Below the pieces are notes generated by a model that saw only the letters and a list, made by a program, of their open reading frames with translations, had not been told where the DNA came from and ran no database searches. Made by a program: the position numbers and the translations under genes. A stretch of 64,000 nucleotides of DNA from Carcharhinus longimanus (Eukaryota). The stretch's first letter is position 1; the number at the start of each line of letters is the position of its first letter. Shown piece after piece: positions 24,093 through 36,929 of this stretch. The stretch is from assembly GCA_030264375.1 (NCBI GenBank), contig JASCQW010000032.1:70074581-70138580 (forward strand), in the 5' to 3' direction.

Positions 24093-26824
24093 TTTTTAAA
24101 TTACTGAGCCCCAGAAATATTTTGTTGCCACTGATCCAACATCACTTTGATATTGAACTATCCAGTTAATTATTGGTTTGACAGCAATGTGAAGCAGTGA
24201 TGGTGTAAGCAATGACAAGCTGGTGGAGAAGGTATAGTGGATTAACATTGCCAGTGGGTCAGTCNNNNNNNNNNTCTCAAGCTGCAAAATGAAAGACATG
24301 TCAGTCCTGTTTCAGATCTCCACCAATCTCAAATTACCATGCTCTCATCCACTGAACCCAAGTAGCTCCTCTAAAACTAAGGTAAAGCCCAGTCTTAACT
24401 TTGATGCTCAACCCAAACAGTGGCCCTCCAGCCCAACTCTGGCCATCAATCCAAATTTTAACCCTTACACCACGACATAAGCATCTACTTTCTTTTTAGA
24501 CTGTTCAATTTGTGGAAATTGATGAATTCAGCAACTTTACATCTTGGGCATAATTAAATGGTTTCAGTGTTTGGTCTCTGTGTTGGCTGGAGAACTGGTG
24601 GGAACTCTATCAAGGCTATTTCTGGGAGTGCATTGAGATTGTCTCAATTACGTAGCCCACTGGCTGCTGTCAGGTTTCCTGGCTCCATTGAGGGGTTTTC
24701 CCCAATGGACCACCTAGTGCGGGCTGATATGCCAGTCCGAGAGTTGCCAGCTAGCCAGAGGTTGGGAGTTTTCCATTAATGGATGCTCTATTGTGCACAG
24801 AGGTCATTGCCAGTACAGCAGCGGCCCAGGAAAGGATTTTCACTGGACCCCTGGAGTTGTTAAGGTGTGTAGGGCAAGATTGGCGGGGCCAGGCAACCAG
24901 GTTCTAACAAAGGGGAATGAGGGGAGATCATTTGCCAAGACTAAGGATGTGACCTCCTGTGGGTCCTTCTGTTTCTGCTGGTGGGTCCCTCCATTGTACT
25001 CAAGATGTTAGAGAAAGAGTGATCTTTTGCAGGTATACCTGTCAGGGATTACCTGGTGGTTTGCCCATGTGAAATGGTGCCATCCATCATTCTCAGCAAG
25101 ATGAGGACCTTAAGTGGGCTGAATTAACCTTCGGGCAGGAAGGCCACTCTCAACACGTTCTGTCCTGGGTTGAATCTGGGATAGATGGGAAGGTGAGGGG
25201 GTCTCCATCATGCACATTCTCCACCAATTATATGCTGCCCCCTCCTGGCTCTATCCTATTTCTTGAAAGTTCGCGTTTTGGGATTATCCATAACCAACTG
25301 TTGAAGTGCTTGCTCCAGATTAATTCTTTTTGAGTGAGTTATTTAAGCTGTTGAATCAACAACATCCATAGCATTCTCCCTGCAGTCCTCATTTATTGCT
25401 GTTACATGTCCATGTGATACTACTCCATTCATAAATTTTCAGATGCTTTATAACTATTAGGCCTACAGCTTTCAACTTAGAACTGCTAACATATCATTTG
25501 TTGGTTGCAACTGCTATCACAATGGGAATTATTCTGTTTATGGGCTTACTGTTTGCACAGCTTGTCCAATCTCTCTTTATACTGATTAAATACACACTCC
25601 ATCTCACTCCTCATTCTTGAACATTCAAAATAGGACAATGAATCCAAAAGGAATATACCTGCATTGGAACTTTAACAATGTTGTTGGACAGTGACAGAAG
25701 GTCTGGGTAATGTCATGAGATTCAATTGTCAGTGGAATTCAAGTACCTTGCCAGAAAATGAAGAGCTGACATGTTAACTTTAAGGGCCAGTCAAACTTCG
25801 CTGTGGCCCAGTACAAAATGAGTGATTCTTCCTGAGTAATCTTTTGTGTTCCTTTGATTATTGCAAGTCACTTTAGAATGCAGACTATCTAAGTTAATAA
25901 AACTCCATTGACAATGTTTTATGAGTGCCAAACATAGAAATTGCTGACAGTTTTGTTTTCCTATAAAATTAGGCAAGCGACCAACATAAGCATTGGATCT
26001 GAAAAGCTTTGAGACTTACAGCTCCTCCTGAGATGAATTAAAGTTGCAGGCAATATAATTATTTACAATTAGCCCAATGTAAGTAATTGCGCTAAATATC
26101 AGGAATAAATGCAGGGCATGTTATCCATTTTAAGTTTTGCACGTTCTGAGGTGTGTGCGTAAATGTGGGTGTAAGTAAGATATTAATGGAAGTGGAACTT
26201 TTCTTCCAACTTTTCTTTTCAAGGAATTATAATTGACAGCTAAGTAGGCTAAGAGCCCAGATCTGAAAGATTGGCTTTTCATCCATGTCTTGGTTAGGCA
26301 GTCAATATTCCTGGAATCTATGCCTGAAGCTGGCAATAACTGGATATCTGATATAAAAATTGAAGGAAATGGGCATGCCGTTCCTATTTCCATCAGGGAC
26401 ATGTTTCATTATACATCTTGCCGTATCCTACACAGAGGAGAAACTTTGTTAAAATTTAAATTGTGGCCTGGATGGAGTGAAACCAAAAATGTTTTCCCCT
26501 TGTTTTAGAATAGACTACCTTGTGTTTCTCCCCTGCACTTTTTAATACTGTTTTGAAGGAACCTTCTGTGCTACTAAGTGAGTTTGATTAGCCACAGGGG
26601 TCAATCTCTATTCGACTTGACTTGCCTTTCAGATGTGGTTTTGTTTGTCGCTTTATTGCTGAACAATTGGGAAATATTGCAATCATGCAGCAAGCACTCT
26701 TTAATGGCCAGTTTTCATTTTTTACTTCTCTTGACTTGGTGTTCAGTATTATTCATGCCAGAAGCATGAAACCTGCATTCTTTGAACCCAAGAGCTTCTG
26801 GCTCCGGTTCTGACATTCAGTTGA

Positions 26825-26938
26825 AAGGAAGAAAGACTTGCATTTATATGGCGCCTCTCACCACCACCAGACATCTCAAGGCACTGTTCAGTCAATAAAG
26901 TATCCTTGAACTGTCACCACTGTGGCAATGCAGGAAAA
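26825..26938 (-). mobile_element. Deu-SINE/L2-type 3' tail fragment
   Basis: AAAGACTTGCATTTATATGGCGCCTCTCAC...CATCTCAAGGCACT is the reverse complement of this tail type. Confidence 0.6.
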
Positions 26939-27578
26939 TAAACAAGGAAATACTTGCATTTATATAACATCTTGTATGAGCTCTGTATATCCACCTTTCC
27001 TAAATAGGCTGTTAGTACCATTCTTTTTCAGTCATTGTTCTGTTTTGGACCAAGTGTGCTTCCACAATAAAACTCTTTCAAAAGACTTCTACCTACAGCT
27101 TAATTTGTGAAACCTTTTTTGTATCTTTGCACAACCTTTAAGCTCCAGATAAAGCAGACTCTATTCTAAGTATCAGCCAGGTCTATGTGTAGGCAGTGGG
27201 GAATGGGTAAATGGTTTGAAATCACTCAGGAGTTCCCAAAAAAAATCTTAGAATGAACATGGAAAGCTTGATTATTATCTACCACTGCCTGGATGCAAAA
27301 TTCAACAGCTTAGCAACTAATCAGAAATAGGATTAAAGTTTCTTCAACAACAATTCAGAAGCATGAAAAGGAAATGGGGTTCAGAAATCAAAATAACATG
27401 TAAATTTTAGCAATTTTTCTAGAACTGAGCTCTCCTTTTCCATGCTTAAAAGAAAAAAAATAAAGTCTGTTTTCAAGTGATATTACCTTAACAACCTTAC
27501 TCATTCAAGAAGACCAGTGCTAGACCGTACCAGATTACTGGTGAGATGCAATCACTTAAAGTTTACAGTAATTCATCA

Positions 27579-27915
27579 AATCATAGAACCCCTTTGGTGC
27601 AGAAGAGGCCATATAGTCCATCGAATCTGCACCAAACCTCCGAAAAAGCACCCTACCAAGGCCCAATCCAACGACCTAACCCCTAACCCTAAACCACACA
27701 TTTTACCATGGCTAATCCATCTAACCTGCACATGTTGGACACTAAGGGGCAATTTAGCATGGCCAATCCGCCTAACCTGCACATCTTTGGATTGTGGGAG
27801 GTAATCAGAGCACCCAGAGGAAACCCAAGCACAAACAGGGAGAGCATGCGAACCACACCCATACAGTCACCCAAGGCCAGAATCGAACCGGGGTCCCTGG
27901 TGCTGCGAGGCAGCA
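27579..27915 (-). mobile_element. HE1-like V-SINE, tail type A, with internal duplication
   Basis: CATGGCTAATCCATCTAACCTGCACAT occurs twice (about 27707 and 27758). Confidence 0.88.
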
Positions 27916-29208
27916 GTGCTAACCCTGGTACCATCGTAATTCCTGAAACTTGCCAGCTGAAGGAAAGACACAGATTTTGATGTAGTTTCCTGACTTGTAC
28001 ACATGATAGAGGTCAGACGATGGTGCTAGAGGACTTAAAACACATGGCACAAAATAAAATGCACTCGAGCCGCGTCCTCATATGGTGTACGTCCAGGCTG
28101 TGGTAGATGATAATCAAGCCATGCTTTCCATGTTCATTGTGAGATTTTCTGTAACTCCTGAGTCCAGTATCCACAGAAATCAGTTGGGGACTTAGCACAC
28201 AGGATGCATTTGGCAAAGACCTCAGGCACCATGGCCGGCTGCCACCAGCTTGTTTTTGGGCTATGAACAAAGAAAAAATATTTATAAGGCACTCTAATTA
28301 TGAAGTGGTTTCATAATTTTCTTTAACCCTTTAAGTGCCATTCCAACGTCAAAAAGCTAATGACATTTTTGTTGTTGTTACCCTTTAGTACCAGCGAACC
28401 TTCCACCATTCTGTACATTTTTTTTCTGACTCTGTATTGAAATAGCCATTGGGTTAGAATTGCAGCTTGGAAAGGGAGACTGAGTTGTATAGCGGTTAAA
28501 GTGCTGAGGGCTTGGATTTGATAGCACCCCAGCATCACAGTATTTTTTTTAAATCTCTAAGTCAAGACCTGTAGTGAAATCAGTTGGTTTATTCTCACCA
28601 GTGGTGGCAGGCCTCCAGGGCAGCAAATTACCAATTCATGATCACTAAATGACAGTCTCGGAGAGGTCACAATGAAGAACTGAAAGTGAAACAACTAAGA
28701 GAGGCAGTAGAGGGTGCTCTTTCTTGTTTTGAGTTGACACATTGATGGGGAAGAGAAGAGTGTTTTTTTACCCTGCAGCTACCCGCTTTAACTGACTTGA
28801 AAGTATTTGATGTTGGTATTGTTACCCAGAATTAATTAATTAAAATCTCCAGCATTGAAATCCATAATCTTGAAAAGTTCAAAACGTCACCAAAATGTAC
28901 ATATGTTTAAAGAATGGATTATTTCTAACATCATGTTCAAATGATCTCATTGACAATAATTTTGTTTTAAGCTTCATTGCAGTATAAGGCAACTATATAT
29001 TACACTGCTTTCACTGTCTAAAATTTTAATTTTTGATGTGGAATGTCCTGTATTATACAATGACAAGCACTGGAGTGAATAACTACAAAATTCCAACTTA
29101 TCTGTCAAAAGAGTCTTCTTCCCCTCTTGAATAATCCTCACATTTTTCGATATGTTGTCGTGGTTTTGAGATTTGGCGATGACACTGTATTTCCCTTCCT
29201 CTCTACAG

Positions 29209-29298
29209 AAAGCAGGCTATAAGCCAGAGACCGTGGGCCTGTGCGGTGCTCAGATTGACTGGGCAAAAGACAAATCCAGCAGGAAGAATGTGCTCCAG
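29209..29298 (+). CDS. ARHGAP15: Internal coding exon (90 nt) of ARHGAP15, PH domain central part
   Basis: Acceptor ttcccttcctctctacAG and donor GTagga, phase 0-0. Reads KAGYKPETVGLCGAQIDWAKDKSSRKNVLQ versus recalled human KTGHKPESVDLCGAHIEWAKEKSSRKNVFQ. In frame with the 7289-7376 exon. Confidence 0.95.
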
Positions 29299-30004
29299 GT
29301 AGGATGTTTCCCTTCGTAGCATGATTAACTTTGCAGTCACTTCAATCTAGTGATCCTTGTGTGGTTGCAAGTTGTTTAGCTGAAAAGCTGTCATTATTTG
29401 AAAATGAAAAATAGATGGGAAAACATTGTTTCAAAGTACAAATATCATATTACATGGTACGTGTGAAAGTTTCCAAACAAAAATCTGGCTTGAAAAGCCT
29501 TATCTAACATTAGACCATGTTGTTACTTTATACTTGACTAGGGTAATCCAAAAGCATTACAAAAAGGCAGTGGCAAGTATATATTAAATCTTCCATCTGG
29601 AAAGGAAGAAATTGTGGTTAAAATCACAGTAGTGGACTTACCATTCCATTTCCCACTCTCTTAATATCCGCTGCTATAATTGCCTGTTGAATTTTCATGG
29701 GCAGTCAAGCCACAGACCTGAGTCAGACTTCAGGTTCATGAGCCCATGCAAATGGAAGTCCTATAATATGCCAAAGCACTTTAAAGACATATTAGTCAGA
29801 TTGTGTTTCATGGCCAGTCAATAAAACTTGGTATACAAGACAAAGAGGCACCAGGAGAGTTAAGTTGGTTCAAATTATTTTTGAAGGGCCAGCAAAAGCC
29901 AAAATATTTCTCAAGGGTCCACAGGAATGACATGGTTTCCTGCTGACTCTGACTCTTACCTCTAACCCTCTGTGATCACAATTCCCATCCAGACCTCCCT
30001 TTGT

Positions 30005-30626
30005 TGTAAGGTTGGAGTTTAAAAATAGGAATGTGCTGTTGCAATTGTACATGGTATTGGTGAGGCTTTACCTGGAATTCTGCGTGCAGTTTTGGTCCCC
30101 TTACCTAAAAAAGGATATAGTAACATTGGAGGCAGTCCAAAGGAGATTCACCAGGTTAATTCCTGGGACGAGAAGGTTGTCCTATAAAGAGGGACAAAGT
30201 AATCTGGGTCTGTATTCCTTGAGCTTAGAAGAGTGAGGGGTGATCTTATTCAAACATATAAGATCCTGAGGGGGTTTCACAGGGTTAATGGTGAGATATT
30301 TTCACAAATGGAAGAGTCTTGAGCAAGCAGACATAGCTACAAGATAACGGGCTGGTCATTTAAAACTGAACTGCGTAGAAATTTCTTCTCTCAGAGGGTA
30401 GTGATTCTCTGAAATTCTCCACCCCAGACAGTAGTGGAGGCTGGATCATTAGAAGCAATTAAAGTGGAGGTGAATACATTTTTGATTGAGGAATGGATGG
30501 CTATGGGAAAATTGCACAGAAAAGGAGTTGGGGCTAGCATAGATCAGCCATGATCATATTGAATAGTGGGGCAGACTAGAAGGGCCTGGTGGCCTACTCC
30601 TGCTTCTACCTCTAGTGTTCTTGTGT
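30005..30626 (+). mobile_element. CR1 LINE 3' end
   Basis: ORF EFKNRNVLLQLYMVLVRLYLEFCVQFWSPYLKKDIVTLEAVQRRFTRLIPG followed by a GGCCTACTCCTGCTTC tail. Confidence 0.93.
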
Positions 30627-33497
30627 ATCGTTTGGTGAACTGGTTCGATCTTCAATTCTCCCAGTAGTGTCTCGTCCCAGAGTTGGCAAATAGCTCCAGA
30701 ATGCCCATTTAAGACAATACGGTTGAGGCTTGACTGTCAAAAGTGGCCAGACCTCCTACCACGAGTATTGAGTTGTCTGTCCAAGCATCCATCCAGTCAG
30801 TTGCCTGAATGTCAAAATTCTCTCTCCAGCACCACCAACCCCTCCCCCCCCACCCCATCCTCCNNNNNNNNNNNNNNNNNNNNNNNNNNNNNNNNNNNNN
30901 NNNNNNNNNNNNNNNNNNNNNNNNNNNNNNNNNNNNNNNNNNNNNNNNNNNNNNNNNNNNNNNCTACTCTCTTTTCCATTCCTGCCAGTGGTTAAGAAAC
31001 TGTAGCTGATTAATCAGCCAACCATTTAACTTCATGTCTTCATCACAGAAGAAAAATTAAGTATTTCAGTAAGATTTATGTAAATGCAATAACGTTGAAA
31101 TTGCCCTTTGTGATATTAATAAGGTGCTCATTAGCCTTCTCATTTCTTTGTCCATTTCGAAAGAACGTATAAACAAAAGTTTCAAATATGGACCTTTAAT
31201 GCGGATATTTTGACAATGGGTCCACACTTTCATTTCCACAGACGTTGAAGGGACAATGTCTGCAGACTGAAATAGCACATGCATGATTAAACAAAGATAT
31301 ATAATATTGAGAAAATTGGTACAGCTTAAAAATAAAGCTATGGGGAAGTCTCTGCCATGGTACAATTATTTCACAGTTTATAATTCTCTTCAATTGTCAC
31401 AATCTTCCATCATATACACATTACCCTCTTCAATTGGGTTAAATTACATTGTGTTTGAATTTCTTTCCAAGAAATCTGTTTCATGGTTATCCATTAACTA
31501 CATCCTTCAGAAATCTTGAGAGATCTTTGGAGCTCAACGTGAAAGAGCTTTTCTTCTCCATCCAAGTTCAATCACATTTACATGCAGCCTATTTATAAAA
31601 CCACTCAGTGCTTCATTTTGCAGATATATACGTTATGATAGCCTCTTCTGCCATCTCAAGACTGAAGTGTTTAATAAAAACTACTTTTCTAAAATGCTTA
31701 CACAAGATCCTAGTCCAAATGTTGGTGACCGCACTGTTTATTTGCACTGCAGCCTGTGGCTAAGAACGCACATGTTCCAAGATCGCAGCTAATGATTATC
31801 TGACAAGCCTGGCTGTGAGAAGTTTATTTTATATTAAAGCAGGTTGCATCAGCCTTGCTAAAGACAGACGTTTCCCCCTCCCCTGCCCCCTTTTCAAATA
31901 ACTTAGGTTTTGTAGCTCGGTAACATGCTTAAAATATTTTCCGTGTTGGATGGTAGTTCAATGTTCGTTTTTGGTCTGAAATTTGAGGTGATGAGGATTG
32001 GAAAGGATTACTTCAATAAGCCCAAATAATCCGAAGTGTCATCAACATAACAGTGTATGTAATGACTAAATAAAACCATCTTAAAGGTGGACAATAACGT
32101 CAATCAACAGCAGGGGGTTAAGTGCTTCAGAAAAAGTGCCATGGCCTGACATTCATTAGTCATGCATAATTTTGTGTCTGTAGACGCTTACTTCTGATGT
32201 TCTGAAATTCCTGCACCCTTTTTACATTTTAAATGGAGCCGTGAAGTCATATTTCTTTTTGGAGGGTGGGGTGGATAGATTTAGTTAGGCTAGATTTAAC
32301 GTTTAAAATTGTGCTGCATTTTCTTACATTGAAACATGTTTTGTTCCCACCTCCCCCCCCACCCCCCCCAACCGCAAACCGCATTGCAAGCTGACACAAC
32401 ACATCTTGGCTGTGCTGCCGGCACCAACAAAATAGAGGTTGCGAAAGCTATAATTTACAAAATGTTTCAAATGGTGTTGTCGAGCCAGGCTTCCCTTTAA
32501 AATCAAGCCCCATTTTGCTGAAGGATGTCAATTTTCTTAATTCCAGCGATAGGTTGATTGCCAGTGCTTTCTGTTTCAGCTTGGGAAAAGGACTGCGGGG
32601 ACGGTGGATTTAAATTCCACTGTTTGGAAAAACTGCAGAATGAATGATTGGGATCAAGTATTAATATTAACTACATTTCAAACTGTTTTCTTCAGGTGGT
32701 TTTTGTTTGAATACACTGTTAATGTGCTGTTCAGTGAGCATCTGTTTTGTCCCTAAAATATATTTCCACTCGCTTAAAATTCATTGCGCAACCTGAAACA
32801 AGCTTTGTGCCAACACATAACCTTAAAATGTGTTCTTTTTCACTTGTGCTTTACTTCAGATTATTCCTCTGTTTTTATTTAATATACAATCCTTATTGTG
32901 ATTGCCCAGCTCTCCATATTCTCCTTCCAAGGGGAAGCCAAGCAAATAGGGTCACAGTCCTCTCCCTGCCTTTTCAAAGCTTTCCCTGCTTGTTTGACAG
33001 GAGCCATGCTTGATAAGAAACAATTCAGACAAAGGTGTCCTTTTATTTTCCTAAAGTGAGGCCATCAATCTTCGATCACATTTTATTTTTGGGTCCATTG
33101 ATTATGCGTGTGCTTGCTGAATGTTAGATAAGGTTTACATTGGAATACAGGATTCACAGCCTACAGGGAGGTGGGAGGGAGAGATTCATGAAATTGAGCT
33201 TATTTCTTCTTATGAAATGAAAACAAATGGCCTTTGGATTTTGTCAAATGTCACATATTTATGATGCATGGCATCAGAAACTGTCCTAGATTGGTACCTA
33301 TGTTGTTGAACATTTGTGGGAGAAGATTACGCTTTCTGTACTTCAAATGGGGAGAAAGGAAATATCTTCTCAACTCCAGCAGAATGGTGATCAAAATGCA
33401 GATCTTTGCGCAGGTTTCTCATCCTTTCAATTTACAGAAACTGTTTTCTGGCAAGACCATTGCTAACACACGGAAGGGAAGAATAATTACTTAGATG

Positions 33498-33673
33498 GAA
33501 AGATAGATTGAATCCCTGCAATGCAGAAGGAGGCCACTTGGCCCATTGAGCCTGCACTGAAAACAATCCCACCCAGGCCATTTCCCCAAAACCCCCCGTA
33601 TTTATCCTGCTAATCCCCCTAATACTAAGGGGCAATTTAGCATGGCCAATCAATTGAACGCACATCTTTGGAT
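33498..33673 (-). mobile_element. HE1-like V-SINE 3' half (left arm of an inverted duplication)
   Basis: Reverse complement of the type A tail. Its flank is shared with the 33841-34135 copy. Confidence 0.85.
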
Positions 33674-33840
33674 TGTTTCTGTAAACATCACAGTTGGCCA
33701 GTAAAGAAGGAAAAGTTAATACTGTTTGATCTCTGTCCCTAATGGGGATATGTGTTTAAAATGGTTATATTATCTTTTTCAAAAGAAGCTTTTGCATTTT
33801 AGTAAAATGGTGGGGAATTGTCCAGAATTCTCTTCCCCAA

Positions 33841-34135
33841 AGCACAGTGGTTTACACTGCTGCCTCTCAGCTCCAGAGACCTAGGTTCAATTCCGACCTC
33901 AGGTGACTGCGGAGTTTGCACATTCTCCCCATGCAGACATGGGTGCTCTGGGTGCTTCAGTTTCCTCCCACACCCAAAGATATATGAGTTAGGTGGATTG
34001 GCCAAGCCCCTTAGTGTTGGGGATTAGCAGGATAAATACATGTGGTTACGGGGAAACGGCCTGGGTGGGATTGGTTTCAGTGCAGGCTCGAAGGACCAAG
34101 TGGCCTCCTTCTGCACAGTAGCGATTCTATCTATC
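33841..34135 (+). mobile_element. HE1-like V-SINE, tail type A
   Basis: Head, core and tail present. Confidence 0.9.
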
Positions 34136-35517
34136 TTTCTAAGTAATTATTCTTCCCTTACATTCTTCTGTGACTTTTGCAAAGAAGTGGGACAGTGAGT
34201 GCCATCACCATCAAACTTAAATATTCATATGAAGATAAAAACTGTTGCAGTGCAAAGTGATGAAGGGTTAATCAATCCCTGAATAAAATAGTAACAGTAT
34301 CCCTGTAGGGATAGGCAACAAATGCTGGCCAAGTCAGCAATGCCCAGGCTCTGTAATAGAGCATTGAAAAAAATCATCTCTCAACTCATCTGTTTATTTT
34401 TTCCATCAATGCTTTATTTAAAATTGTGTGATTATAATGTAGGTTGAAGGGCTACATGGTCCTTGTGCAACATACTTAGGCAATTGTCTTTTGAAGAACT
34501 AAGCTGTTATCTCAGATGATAATTCCAGATAGTTCCAGAATTTAACAGTGCAAAGTGACGTTTTGTTGTTACGGAAAGATCAATTAGAAATGCTAAGTAG
34601 TTTACTTGATGTAATTTCAGAAATCTCATTAAGTCTCAACATGAAAAGTGGCTTAATCCAAGATTAAACTGGAACAACAATAAATATGACTGAGATTCTG
34701 ATGAGTAAAATTATTTTTGAGACATTGCAAACTGGCTGGCAGTGGAGATTAAATGATGCTATTTATACGATTACAGTACTCTAAATGGAGCAGTAGCTTT
34801 GAGTAAGGACCATCCCGTCTTCCAGCAATTAAAGCATATAGCTTGGCAATTGTAATATGCAGTCAGACCTCACCTGATCCATTCAGATATCCTGGTGGAT
34901 TGAAATAAGCAAAAAAAAAAAAAAAATTTCACCTGATTGTATTATGCTTTGTGTACAGATGTTTCATCCGTAGTTTGTCACTCCATTATGGAGGACATGC
35001 CTTGGAAAACAAGCATTTTTTTCAACTGATTTTATTGAAAAGAGCTATTGAAAAAAAGTAATGAGTACTTAGCGTAGAAGTTGGTGAAAGAGCTCCAAAC
35101 CAAAGTAGTGCCATCATGGAATCTTACTTCATGTCTGGAATTACATAAATTTGCTATACAGAAACAGGCCATTAAGCAACTGGTCTGTGCTCCTTAAGAG
35201 CCTCCTGCACCTTAATTTATCTCACCATGTATCTGTTAGGCGTACTTTCACCATAAAAAAGAATTGGATTGGGTCAGGTGAAAGGGCCAATGTTCCGAAT
35301 CCTGATACCAAGCCTCTAATTCTGGTTTTCATGGAGGTGGGAAGGGAGCTGCATTGTTATTTCAATTATTATTCAATGTTCAAATTTAACTATGTATAGC
35401 CTGGTTTCCTGAGCCATTTGAAAACCAACAGGCGAGAGCTGCCAAATTAATTACCTGTGTGTATTCCCACCTACTTTGCCTGGAAACCCCTACAATCAGA
35501 CAACCTTCAACCCTGAG

Positions 35518-35593
35518 TAAAATGCTCTGTCAGAGAGTTGGTGCAGACTTGTTGGGCTGAATGGCCTCCTTCTGCATTGTGGGGATTCTATGA
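35518..35593 (+). mobile_element. HE1-like SINE tail fragment
   Basis: GAGAGTTGGTGCAGACTTGTTGGGCTGAATGGCCTCCTTCTGCATTGTGGGGATTCTATG. Confidence 0.75.
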
Positions 35594-36929
35594 GTTTCCA
35601 ATGACAGGCACAAGCCTGCGGAGGTTTTCGCACTAAACTTTATTTTAACCTTACAAAACAGTATCAAAATCATTTTCCCACAATTGATTTTAAGAAATAT
35701 GGAACTGCATACGCTGCCTGATGAGCAAATCTCTGCAGTTCATGGTGTCCTTGGAATGAACTAAAAAAAATGGGCATAATTTCACGACAGAGATATTGCT
35801 TCACAAATGGAATGGATTAAAGGTCGGCTGAGAAGTTTAGTGAAATTGAAGAAATTTTTGGTCTTTTGTCTAAAATTCTGACTGCAACATTTGTGATGAT
35901 TCCTGCACATTATATAGAATACCCCTTTGTCAGAATGTAATTAATGTAGTACCATAAAATACAATCCAAAAATGTAATTATAGAGCTTAAAGAGAAAAGA
36001 AAGTAGAAAGGGAACATGTTTTGTTCAGAAGAAAACATTAATCTTATGAGAAATTACTATGGACTTTTAGAGTGTCAAGTGCATTGCTAATATGAAGACT
36101 CTTGAGGAAAGGGCAGATCTGCTGGAAAATTATTATGGTGGGGTAAATTATAGGAAAGAATGGCTGTAAAAGCATTGCTTGNNNNNNNNNNNNNNNNNNN
36201 NNNNNNNNNNNNNNNNNNNNNNNNNNNNNNNNNNNNNNNNNNNNNNNNNNNNNNNNNNNNNNNNNNNNNNNNNNNNNNNNNCATTGCTTGTAGAGCCACT
36301 CCACAGTGCCATAATCCAGTGGAACTATGCCACAGGCTAATTTGGCAGTATCCTCAGTCCATAATGTGGTTCCTCAGTTCGGCAGGCTGTGCATTGCCCA
36401 GTTCAGATGATTCTCTGCCACCAAAAGCAGCCTTAGAAGGGGGGAGACCGGAGTTGAACATAAATGGCGGACAGCCAAGAGTGGCCATGATTTTACCACC
36501 TGGCCATGTCTGGTGAGCAGCATGACAAGCCGGGAAACTAGCGTGCAAATGCTAGAAATCCGATTAGTGCCTGGTGCCAAACTGTTCGCTATGTTCCCGG
36601 CCCCCCTCCAATGGCACGAACCGATTCCCACCCAGAAACGGCACAAATCAGTATGTTTAAAAAAAATATTTAAATATGCATAGTCCATTCAAAACCCAGT
36701 GCACAGAATCTTTTGGCCTTTGGGCACCGTGCCAGAATGGCGAGAATCAGTCCTAGCGCAGGCCTTGCACGATGGTCATATTTTGGTCCATGCCACAGGA
36801 TGTGGTAGTTTTAAGAAGATAGCACTATTTGGCACTCTGAAGTACTGCCGGCACCTTCCTCACGGATTAGGATTGTAGCAGACCATGAAGACTATGATGT
36901 CCCCTTTCATCATGCAGCACTGAAATCAT

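Larger units (their letters stand above)
7377..29208 (+). other. ARHGAP15: ARHGAP15 intron (21,832 nt as assembled, including gaps)
   Basis: GT...AG between two exons that are contiguous in the protein. Confidence 0.88.
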
